Of a DNA stretch of 64,000 bases, positions 36,974 through 47,971 are shown one piece after another (position 1 is the first letter of the stretch; each line of letters starts with the position of its first letter). Made by a program: the position numbers and the translations under genes. The notes beneath the pieces were generated by a model that was not told where the DNA came from, ran no database searches, and saw only the letters and a list, made by a program, of their open reading frames with translations. The DNA lies in NCBI RefSeq assembly GCF_036321535.1, contig NC_087447.1, forward strand, positions 41,046,001 to 41,110,000. The letters are read 5' to 3'. Source of the DNA: Camelus dromedarius (Eukaryota).

Positions 36974-38639
36974 AGATGGAGAACTTCTGAAAGATTTTAG
37001 GCAGGGGAGTAATATTATCATATGCGTGCCTTAGACAGATCATGGTGACAGCAATATGAGAAACGAAACAAAACTAAATCTGGAAGACATCTTTGACAGT
37101 CCATCCAAATAATGATGAAACAGAGGTGAAATCTGGAAACAGAAAATGGGGTGGGGGAGGAATGTTGAGAAAATAAAATCAGCCAGATGTGACAAACTAT
37201 ATGACAGTCACGGTGACCACCACACCAAAACTTCCTTTGGAAGGGAAACTGACCCACCCACAGGTCCCTGCTGAGACCTTGAACAAGAACTGGTGGCAAA
37301 ATTGGACCAGTTGGACCAGAGTGGGCACCTGGACCAAAACAGCCCACCCACAGCCTGGCCATTGAACAAAGAAGTAGGTGGGTGTGAAAAGCTCTGTCCA
37401 GTAGGATTGGTGGTGATTCACTAGGAGAGTTAGACACTTTCCCTCCAGAATTTGAATAGGAAAATGCAAAGATAATTAATTGGTTGGGGACAGGGAGAGA
37501 AAGGAGAATGACGTGCAAAGGGAAGCAGAGATGCTAGGGAAAAGAGATCAATGCCGGAGGCAACAACAGCCATGACACCACTAAAGAGACAGGCGCTCTA
37601 CAGCAAGGCTGTCGTTAAAGCCTTAGCGCCATCAGCATCTGGGGCGCAAACTCGTCTAAGTGCATCCAAGTTCCTTACAGCCAACAACATTCTATTAGCT
37701 TGCTTTTTAACAGGTCAGATGTCAGAGAAAGCAACATATTTGCATAAATAATTGAATACAGGTCTCGCCTCCTCCAAGCTTCCCTTCTTCAAGCTAAATA
37801 TCCCCCATTCCTTCACTCTTCCTCATTGACCATGATTCTCACTGACCTCATTGACCACTCTGATCTTCTCCATTGTACAAACTCTCACCTGAGCTTGCTT
37901 CCTGTCCCCAGAATCCAAAGCCAGTGTACTTTGTTTATTCCCAACCCCTGACGCTACTTGCCTGTTAGGAGCTCAACTTCTTTCCTTTTCTTCCCACTCA
38001 AATCCTAAGCTGCTCTATTAGCAGGTTGAAAGAAAAGAAGAGTGGCACAATGAGACAGAAACTCCTAGGGAGCAATACCTGGTCACAGAGAAGGAAAGAA
38101 CAAAGAGAACCTTCTTGCTTGCTGTAAAGAACAACCCTACATCCAATCCTCAGCTCAGGAATAATGTTTCTCCTGACCCCTGGCTCTGAAGGTTTGGAAA
38201 TGGCATTTGGGAAAAGATGAAGGAACTGCCAGAGCCCAGATATCCACACATTCCACTTATGGTCAGATCCCCAAGGTTGACCAATGTGATCATTTAAGTT
38301 CCATTAGGACTGAGCTTTCTCTTACTCATCACCAAATCCTCAGTGCCTAGAGTAATGTCTGGCAGGGACTAAGAGCTCAGTAAATGTTTATTGAGTGAAC
38401 AAATGTATGGATTCACAGCAAATACAAGAGAAGTCTCTTTTGATATGCCACAGTTCTTCGTTCTCAGCCCACCACGATTAATAATTCAATGAAAACACAG
38501 AGGGATTTCTCGGGGGGAAATAGATAAAATAAGAATGGAGTTGGGAAGAATTTTGAATACACTGGGAAATTGACTCAAGATTCAAAATACTGAAGACAGG
38601 GCAATAATCAATATTATGATAAGTGATTTTAACAGAACT

Positions 38640-39700
38640 ACCATACCAGTTGAGAGACATGGCTTAGCACCAGTGCTCTTGGAAAAGACTCATGGATGGG
38701 TCATAGTTGACCATAAACTCAGTAGGAGTTTGAGGTACAAAAAAATTGCCAAGTGAGCAACTGTGCTGTGAGGTACAGAATCCAGAAATGTGGGAGGTGA
38801 TGGTCCCAGTAACAAGGTGTGCTGCTCAGACCACCTCTAGAGTAATTGGCTTGGTGCATGAAATATGCTCAAAGAAAGGAAATCAAGGAAAGGATGGAGG
38901 TCATATCACATGAGAGACAATTGAAGGAACTGGGCATGGTCAGCCCAGGGACATCTCAGAGGTTATATTAGTGTCCTGGGGCTGCCATAATAGTACCCCA
39001 CGAACTGGTGGTTTAAAACAACAGAAGTGTATTTTGTCACTGTTTTGGAGGCCAGAGTTCAAAATCAAAGTGTTCACAAGGCCATGCTCCCTCTGAAGTC
39101 TCTCAGGAAGGATCCTTCCTTGCCTCTTTGAGCATCTGGTATAGTCCCAGGCATTCCTTGGCTTGGGGCAGCATCATTCTAATCTCTGCCTCCATCTTCA
39201 CTTGGTGTTCTCCCTTTGTGTGTCTGTGTGTCTTAGAAGGATGCCAGTGATATTTGATTCAGGGTCCACCCTCCTCCAGTATTTTCCAGTTCCTCCAGAA
39301 CTCATTTTAGCTAGTGACATCCACAACCACCCTATTTCCAAATAAGATCACATTCGGAGGTACTGGCTGTTAGGACTTCAAAATCTTATCTTTGGATGAC
39401 ACAAGTCAACCCATAATAGAAGGCAAGAGAATGGTCTTCATAATTCAAATATAACTCGCTTGTGGAGGACTTGCTCTATGCAGCCCAAAGGGCAGAACTA
39501 AGAACAGGGGGTGGAAGTTACAGGGACGTAAACTGTAGCCACTTACAAAGAACTTTCTGAGAGTTGAAGCTGCAGCCCTTGTGACTCCCAACCCTGAAGC
39601 TGCTGAGGAAGAGGCAAGATGACCCGCTGGGGTAGCACTGGGGGGGGGATTCTTTCCTCAGGAGGGGATTGGGCTGCAAAGCCTCTTGTCACTTCCAGTC
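38640..39700 (+). mobile_element. L3/CR1 LINE remnant, split by an MLT1 LTR
   Basis: gttgaccataaactcagtagg, atgagagacaattgaaggaactgggcatggtcagccc, then gggcagaactaagaacagggggtggaagttacaggga after the LTR. Confidence 0.7.
38964..39418 (-). mobile_element. MLT1C-like MaLR solo LTR
   Basis: tatattagtgtcctggggctgccataa ... ggaggccagagttcaaaatcaaagtgt ... ctatttccaaataagatcacattc ... gtcaacccataata. Confidence 0.88.
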
Positions 39701-39717
39701 AACTCGATTTCACGTGT

Positions 39718-39735
39718 CACTGCCCTCTGGTGCCC
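39718..39735 (-). promoter_or_regulatory. Candidate CTCF binding motif
   Basis: Minus strand gggCACCAGAGGGCAGTG, close to core CCACCAG(A/G)(G/T)GGC(A/G); abuts CACGTG E-box at 39711. Motif match only. Confidence 0.45.
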
Positions 39736-40825
39736 TGGCACGAGGAAACCACTTTTAATCAAGCAGAGATTTAAATGGCTGCTTCCAAGAGACGATACAA
39801 GCGAATGAGCCCCACAATAATGCAGGCTGCTCATGAGAAATGGAGTGTGAATTGCAGACCCAAGAAATGAGTATAAATTCAGCAGCTATTTTAATTTTTA
39901 TTTGGAAAAAAAAAAAGCCCAGCCCAGACAGAAAAGTGAAGGGTGTACTTTGCACAGTACTACAGAAAGTATCTGCTAGCACGGCCAAGAGAAATGTGTA
40001 GCCTTGGTGCCTCTGCCATCCTTGCAATTGTGACAGGAAAGATTTCTACAGGACTGCTACTGCTGGCTGCCTCTGCGGATGACGAAGGTCATGGTTTATG
40101 GGCACAAGACACTCAGCTCCAGAAGCAGCTTCATTGGTATGCAGGTTCGGAAACCCAGCAGCCAGCCCAACTCCTTCCCATTTTTCTGGACAGTTTTGCA
40201 CTCAAATGGAGTAGCTGGAAGATTGAAAGGGGTTAGGGGAGAAGAAGTGACATTTACTAGGCACCTACTATGTGCCAGGCATTGGTCTCATTGAATTACA
40301 AGGTCTTGGACTCCATGATTGATGGGGTCATTACACGTATGTGTGTGTTTGTGAACATGTGTGAGCACTTGCACAAGTTAGCACGTTTGTGATCTAGATG
40401 GAAAAATGGAGAAAGAGGGGAAGAGTTCAAAGTACTTAGAAGATGGGAAGATTATGGATCAAAAGTCGCATAATAAGGGTAGAGATCAGCACTGGCCTCA
40501 AGAGGTGATGAATTCAGTAGATTCTTTGGTGGCTAGGTAGGGAAGTTCCTGCCTCCAACAGGAGTATCCAACCTGGACAGGACAGTGGATGTCGTGACTA
40601 TGGGGACAGTTGAAAGAACACAGTGGGACTCAGTGATTCCATGAGCCAGCTCTAGAAGCAGGCTAGAAATAGGCTTCAACCTCTCCTGGGAGCGTCCATC
40701 TGGCAGCACCCATGGCTGCAGTTCATCTCTGTTGAAGGTCCTGCCATTCACTTACCCACCACCCAGCTCAAACTGAGCGCACCTGCCAGCCTCCAGAACC
40801 AGTGTCTACTCTGACTTCACTAATT

Positions 40826-41037
40826 CAGGCACATGTCAGAAATATTGCAAGTTTTGTTGCAGACCACTGCAATAAAGCCAGTCACATGAATTTGTTGGTT
40901 TCCCAGTGCAAATGAAAGCTATATTTACCTTACACTGTAGTCTATTAAGTGTACAACAGCATTATGTGTAAAAAATGTATATACCTTAATTAAAAAATAC
41001 TTCATTGCTAAGAAATGCTAATTACATCAAAGCCTTC
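40826..41037 (-). mobile_element. Tigger1 terminal fragment (TcMar DNA transposon)
   Basis: caggcacatgtcagaaatattgcaag ... cagaccactgcaataaagc ... ctgtagtctattaagtgt ... ccttaattaaaaaatact. Confidence 0.8.
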
Positions 41038-41214
41038 TATGATCTAGCCCCAACCTACCTCATAAACCAACCACCCACCCTCCCACTTTTCATTCAGATG
41101 AGCCTCTCCCTCCTATCGAATTGCTTATTTTAAGCCAGCCAAAGGCCCAGGCCTTTTCTTCCATCTGGATTTCCATTTTCTCTATGTATGCATTCACCCC
41201 CTCCCACCTCCTGC

Positions 41215-41480
41215 ACATCCATTCATTCAACAGACATTAATGAGTACCTACTATGTGCTAATGACCTTCTAGGTACTGGGGATCCACTGGTGATCAGGAC
41301 AAAGTCCCTCTGTTCTGGGGACTTTTGTTCTACTGAGGAAGCTGTAAATTAAAGCAGGATAAAGGGACAAAGATGACACAGTGTGTGTCTGTTTTAGACA
41401 GGGTGGTCAGGAAAGCCTTCTCTGGAGAGATGTTGGATCTGAGAGACAAATGAGAGTTAATCCTAAAATTGGGGTAAGAG
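41215..41480 (-). mobile_element. LINE-2 3' end
   Basis: cattcattcaacagacattaatgagtacctactatgtgc ... gggtggtcaggaaagccttctctg. Confidence 0.8.
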
Positions 41481-42249
41481 CTTCAAAGCCTTCTCCTTCA
41501 GAGATCACACGATCTCTTTAGAAATCACCCCAACCCCTGAACTCCAGGACTCACTGCCAGAGGTATTCGTGCATCCCTGAGCACACCCTGCCTTGAGCTG
41601 CCTTTTACCCTTATGTGCCTAACCAGAGGGTAAGTTCTTCAAGGGTAGGATCTGGACACCACATCCCGAAAGTCAGAGGTTAATGGGGCATTACTGCATA
41701 CAAGGATAGCCCAGCTAAGGCAAAATAAAAGAGAAATCATTTCACCTTGATTCTCAAATGTAAGAGTGTGAGAAAAATTTCTTCCTTGTGATGTGGGGGA
41801 AGACTGTTTTGCAGGTGTTATTCATTCCGTGGTGGAGGTTTTCCTAGCTGGAGGCTCTCGCCACTCTGTCTGACTTGAATCCATAAGCAGGCGATAAACT
41901 CCTAATGACTGGGGCAGAAAATGCCACCAACAGCTCCAAGATGGAAGGACATCTGCTGTCAAACTACCCTGAAATCACTGAGCTGAAGTCACAGCGAAAA
42001 TGTTGTCCTGAGGATGCCTCTGACTTTGGAATAGTGATTCCAGGATAAATCAGTATGAAACATTAACATGATAAGTAGCATCTGAGGTTCAGCGAAAAGG
42101 AGACTGAAATGCATCTAGAGTTTATTGAATCAAATCTTGCTTTGTAAATACTTTTAAAGTATATAATGTTGATATTTTTAAATGTAAGATGTTTTTACTT
42201 TAATGTATTTAGCTGCCTTAGAAAAGAGTTATATTTTTGCCAATCAGCT

Positions 42250-42780
42250 AACACATATTGAGTGCATCCAGTCACTGAGGATACACTGTAAGGCAGACAC
42301 AGTAGTGAATAAACAGATACAGTCCCAGTCCCCAAGGAACTTACAGTCCAGCAGAGAAGATAGATGCTAAATCAAATAAATAAATATCAATAATTAGGAA
42401 ATTACAAGCAAGCAAAATACCACAGTAGAGAAGCAGAGACTCTACTGAAGTGTATGGAGAAGGGGGTGCAGGGTGGGTGGTCAGAGCAAATTCCCTTGGG
42501 AAGGGACATATCATCTGAGAGGCTGGCTGGGAGAAGTGAAGGAAGGTAGCCCAGAAGTATGTTCCAGGCAGAGGACATTGCATGTACCCAAGATCTCCAG
42601 GGAAAAGGGAAGTGGCACTTGGGAAGAATAGTGAGTTCAGTGGGGCTGGAGGGAAAGAGGCCTGGGGATGGGGCTGGGAGGGCAGGAAGAGTGACAACCA
42701 GAGAAGGCTTTGTTGTAGGATTCTGGCTTTATCCCACGACGTGTGGATACTGGGGAAGCATATACCCTCTGTAAACACAG
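42250..42780 (-). mobile_element. LINE-2 3' region
   Basis: cagtcccagtccccaaggaacttacagtcca ... gttccaggcagaggacattgcatg. Confidence 0.75.
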
Positions 42781-45345
42781 TCATATAAGTCCCTCTTCAA
42801 GAAGAATTTGAGATGAGACATGAATCACCTTTTAAGAAGAGAATCGGCTTTAATTAAAGGGAAACTGAAGAAAATCACTTGGACCTAAAAATACTTTTGT
42901 TTATCCAGGCATTGTGCTGCAAATTGCTTTTCTTGGCCGATAAAAGAAGCTGGAAGATAAAGATTATTTATAACTCAGGTAGTTAAAGAATCTATTTGCT
43001 TACAAATCAGACTGCTACAGGTCCCCGGCAAAAACTAAACTAGGTTATGCTCCACTTAAGTGACAAATTTCCTAGCTGCCATTCTATAGAAAGAGATAAG
43101 AGCTATCTAGCTGTCAAATTGTTTTGACATGCCTGTTTTTGCCCATATGAAATGCAAACCTGTAATGTTTGTGTGTGAACTTCAAGAAATGTGAAACAGG
43201 TTCAGATAATCACGGGAAGTCATAACTGGAAGTTGTAATAGCTGGAAATTTGTAATTACTGTTAGTAACTTCAGATATAATTAAATGTAAAATAGATTAA
43301 ATTTTTCTTCTTTTTCTTTGCCTAAACCCTACAGTTGAACAAAAATATAAAACCTAGTTTATAATTTTGGAAGTTTGAAACAGTAGCTATCAGTCTTTCT
43401 TTTGAAGCTGTTACAACATAAATGGGAGCTTTGCTTACTTCACTCTATTCAGGCTGTCCCTTCACTCCTCCCCAAGCTAGACTGTGCCAGCTTGCACACC
43501 TTTGCTTGCTGTAACACTGCCTCTGCCTGGAATTCCCTTCTCACTTCCAGATCCAGAGCCTGGTATTTCTCACCAAATGATTGAGAAGACACTGCTATTT
43601 ATTGGTAAAGAACCCATATGGCAAAGTCATGTCTTTGGAGCGATGAATAAACTTCTTGGAAGTTACAACTCTAAATCCAATTTGCCACCATTTGCTACTT
43701 CCCTTCTTTACGTAGGGAACACCATCCAAGGAAGGAGCAGACTGATCTCGAACGTATAATCAAATAACATGCTCTCTAAGTCCAAGTGGCGCTCACTGAC
43801 TCACTGTTGATAAAGCATGGCTTTGTGCTGCTCTCTAGCACCTGAGGTGAGAGGGTCAATGAACTACCCTCATCCCCTCCTCCAGCCCCTCAAAGGTCAC
43901 AGGCACACAGCGCTCATAACCCAGGTTATAGACACGTTTGTGGCCAGAGTGAGGCAACCTGGCTCACTTATGAACTGAACCAGTCCACCTTGGCCTCACC
44001 AAATGCCAAGCCAAATGGCAACAAATTGAGGCATGGGTAATCTTGGATATATGTCCTTTGGTCAATTTGACAGTATTATTAAGACAAATGCCCAGATCAT
44101 TTAAGGTAACGATACCCTGGCACCTCTTCAAAGTTTCTCTCTGAAAAATGGAAAGGTAGCAGGACCAATCTTGACTTACCAGAGGCAGAAGTCAAGTGGA
44201 GAACAGTACCCCTCATGCTTCAGGGAGGAGGACGAGGGTAAAGCGAGTGACCTCTGGGTTACTTCTGAGTACACAGATCTTTCAGGCTTTGTACTCAAAG
44301 CTGTGTCCATAGCCCGCCGGTCAAAATGGCACCTTGGACATCTTCTGGTGTTTGACCTGGGTGAACAATCACATCAGATCATTCAAGACAAGACCTCCCA
44401 AACTGAATGCTCCACGAGTCTTCGTGGGTCCTAGCATTCAGAACGTGTCCCATAGAGACAGACAGCCCCCAAGATTCCAACAGTTAGATGTCACAGCATC
44501 TGTCACTCCAAACCACCACAGCTGTTCCTCCCTAGGCTGTCCTAATTAGCAGCATAGTGCTCATTAACAGCTGTTGCCTGCTTAAATGTTCTCCCCAACG
44601 TGGAGCAGGGCCTATAAAATCTCCCCGACATACATCCTCCTGCAAAAGTGGTGCCTGCCTGGCAACAGATGTTTGCTGACAATGGGCCTGATGATTTGCT
44701 CTGCCAGGATCTAATATTCTGATCCCCATCCTATCCCCACCACCCTCACTCCCCACCCCTAGTTGAGTCAGGTGGGGCAAAGCATCCCAGAGGCAACACC
44801 ACCACCACCACCACGCTCCCGATGCCTAGCTGGGTACCTGGCACCACAGCAGACAGATGATTAATGTTAGAGATCAGCAGGGCTGACATTCAGCAAATAT
44901 GCACCAAGACAGCATAAAAGTTCTCAAAATGTGGGAAAACTCCCATACTGGATGTTAAATAGCTGCTTCCCCAAGCCCGTGTGCACCCAATGTCCACCAT
45001 CACCATCACATGGCAGCGTGATGCCTTTCCTCAGGACCCTGGGAACCGCCTCACAGTTCAGCATCCATTGTGATGGGCCAGTGCCGTAGATACTAGTCAT
45101 TAAATTCAATATTATACCTGGCTATCATCCTCGTTGTAATCGTCATTATTCATAGGCTCACATCCTCACATTCATACCCAGGAATGACGCACTGCCTCCC
45201 ACAGGTTCTCCCTGACCTCTCTGATTTCTCATTCCCCACTATAGGTTCCCAGCCTCTGCCCATCCCCTCAATAATGGTATTTTCCGGCTCCACGCGACCC
45301 CTGAGTCCTCTCATCCACAGCCGTGGGGGGTCTGTCAATGCCCCT

Positions 45346-45989
45346 GTGGGGGATTTGTCCATTTAGCTAGGCTGACCTCTATTCCCCACCCATCCCTTTC
45401 CCTGCACAGCTCTGGGTTGGCGTGGCCATTAGAGACACTGTACGTGGGACTTGGAAGGTAGAAGTGAAGCAGAGACAGTTCTTGTTTAACTCTCAGAAAG
45501 ACACTGCTGGGCTGATGCTGCTTAGCCACGGTCCTCCTCCCCCAAGTGAGGCAATAGCTCCTCAGCTCCCGCTGGACATCTCCCTCCAGCACCTCTCTCT
45601 GCTGGGCGAGGTGCATATTAGCTCTGTGATGAAGGAAACCAGCTTCTCCTGCATCGAAAACCAAAATGTGATGACAGATCAACTCAGGTTCCAGGCTAGT
45701 CTTACGGTTTCCAGCTCACCTCTGCAGACTCCCTTTAGCCTTGCGTTCCTATCTGTCTTCCTTTCCTGACTTCCTTTCCTTCCTTGCAGACACACACGTA
45801 CCAGCCCTATGTAAACTGTTGACCAGCTCTCACATTGCACAATGTCAAACCCCTGTAATAAATCTATATCTATGTCTTATGTCTACATCCATGCATATAT
45901 CTATAGATAGATTAAACAGAGAGCGAGAGAGAGAGAGAGCGAGATCTCCTAATGGTTCTGCTTCTCTTAACTGAACTCCAACTGATACA
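45346..45989 (+). mobile_element. ERVL solo LTR (LTR50/LTR52-like) inserted in an L2 remnant
   Basis: tgtgggggatttgtccatttagctaggctga start; ctgtaataaatc polyA signal; ggttctgcttctcttaactgaactccaactgataca end; L2-like flanks 45180-45345 and 45990-46100. Confidence 0.75.
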
Positions 45990-46769
45990 AAACATACACC
46001 AGTCACCTAAGCCATAAATCGAATATCATCCCAACTCCTCTCTCTCCATCACTCCCAACCTCTGAGCATCCACTGAGCAAGCCATTCCACCTCTCAACCT
46101 GTTTTGCTCTCCAATACTTGGATCTTTTTGTTTTATTTTGTTTTATGTTGGGATTTGACAGTGGAATTATGTTTGTTTTATAAACAGCAAATAGAAAAGC
46201 ATGGTAGAAAAAAACAGAAGGGAATTCATGAGTGATGGCTACTTAAAAGCTCAACAAAGATCTATGAATAACCCAAATGCAGGTCGGCTTGCCCTTTCAT
46301 CCCCTCACAACTGTGCAAACATTAAACAACCAGACACAATCCCCTGAAGGGCATGGCCATGGAAATGGTGCCCACGTTCGTAAGTCAGAGCCTTTCACTG
46401 CAGAATATTTGCTGTAACTGGTGACAAGCCATGCACTCACTGGGGGCTTGGCAGCAGCTTCGTTATTAAGGATGCCTGTTACAGAAATGCGTCTGTGTTT
46501 ATTTATCATAAAGGCAACAGGAGTTGCTAAGCAAATTCGTGATGCAAATAGCAGAGATGTTAGCCTACTTAAGAGCAAGGAGCTTAAGTACTGGCCTTTA
46601 CGTTCACATAATAAATATGCTCATTACACCTCTTCCTACTTCTGTAATAATGTCCTGGCATGGTTCCCTAACATGTCCTCCCTCTTCCCTTTCAGCATTT
46701 GTCCTGTGGGTGCTTGATTATAATGCAACTACATTTCCTTAAAATATTCTGTTTCTCCAGCCTATCATT

Positions 46770-47400
46770 TATCATCCATTAATTCACAAAACATTTATTA
46801 AGTGCCTGTTGTTTGCTAGGTGCTGGGAATTTGACAGCTTATTAGTACAAGATTTGTATTTGTGGAGTTTCCATTCCAATGGGGGAAGATCATCTATCAA
46901 GAAGTAATCAGATAAATAATACCATTTCACTTAGTGGTAGATATCACAAAACATACACAGTTGGATAAGGGATAGTGTGTGTGAACGGGTGGTCAGAGAA
47001 GTCTTCTTGGAGGAGGTGACAACTCTGCAGAGATATGAACACTGGGAAGGAACCAGCCATGTGGCCACCTAAGCAAGAGCTTCCAGGAAGAGAGAACCTT
47101 CTCTGAGATCAGTATTCACACTGTGACATATACATACAGACAGACATATATACATAAATAGTGCTGAATGTTTCTTCCTTCAGTTTCTTGAACACTCTGA
47201 GCTCTTTTCTACCTTTGCCCATCCTGTTCCCTTACTGGATCACTCTTGCCCATGCTCTCTCCTGGATGACTCCTCATTTTTCAGGTCTCAATCCAAACAC
47301 CCCTTCTTCAGAGAAGTCATCCCTGACTATCCAGTCTAAGACAGGTCCTCCTTGTGACTTTCTCTGATAATATCTGCTTTTACCTTCACAAAGTATAACT
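46770..47400. mobile_element. Two LINE-2 fragments in opposite orientation
   Basis: Minus: aacatttattaagtgcctg ... ggtggtcagagaagtcttcttggaggaggtgac (to about 47090). Plus: tcaggtctcaatccaaacaccccttcttcagagaagtcatccctgac. Confidence 0.7.
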
Positions 47401-47406
47401 GTATGC

Positions 47407-47971
47407 TGTATTAGTCAGACTTCTGCAGAGAAACAGAACCCATAGGAGATATATATATAGATCAATTTATTTATCTATAGCTATATCTCTACATTTGTAA
47501 TCATATAGATACAGATTTATTATGGGAATTGGCTCCAATGATCATGGGGGTTGAGAAGTCCCAAGCTCTGCTGTCTGCAACATGGAGAACCCCAAAATTT
47601 CGTGGCGTAATTCAGTTCAAGTCCAAAGCCCTGAGAACTGGGGGAGAGGGGGTGGCAATGGTGTAAGTCCCAACACAAGCCTGAAGGCCAGAGAACCAGC
47701 ACTGATATCCTAGAGCAAGAGAAGCTAGGTCCCAGCTCAAGCAGAGAGAGAACATTTGCCCTTCCTCTGCCTTTTTGCCCTATTTGGGCCCTCAGAGGAC
47801 TGGATGATGCCCAACCACATTGGTGAGGGTGGTCTTCTTTACTCAATCTGCTGATTCAAATGCTAATCTCTTCCAGAAACACCCTCACAGACACACCCAG
47901 AAATAATGCTTCACCTGCTATTTAGATAACATTTAGCCCAGTCAAGTTGACCCATAAAATTACTCATCACG
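47407..47971 (-). mobile_element. MLT2 (ERVL) solo LTR
   Basis: tgtattagtcagacttctgcagagaaacagaacc ... agcccagtcaagttgacccataaaattactcatcac; 5-bp TSD tatgc (47402) / tatgt (47972). Confidence 0.92.

Larger units (their letters stand above)
36220..37200 (-). mobile_element. LINE-2 3' region hosting two L1 insertions
   Basis: cattcatttatccagcaagcatttactgag tail; ctgaaagattttaggcaggggagt; interrupted at 36523 and about 36925. Confidence 0.7.

Noticed and set aside
44171..44434. Possible coding exon or pseudogene fragment
   Set aside because: No recognisable protein in any frame examined; splice signals are weak.
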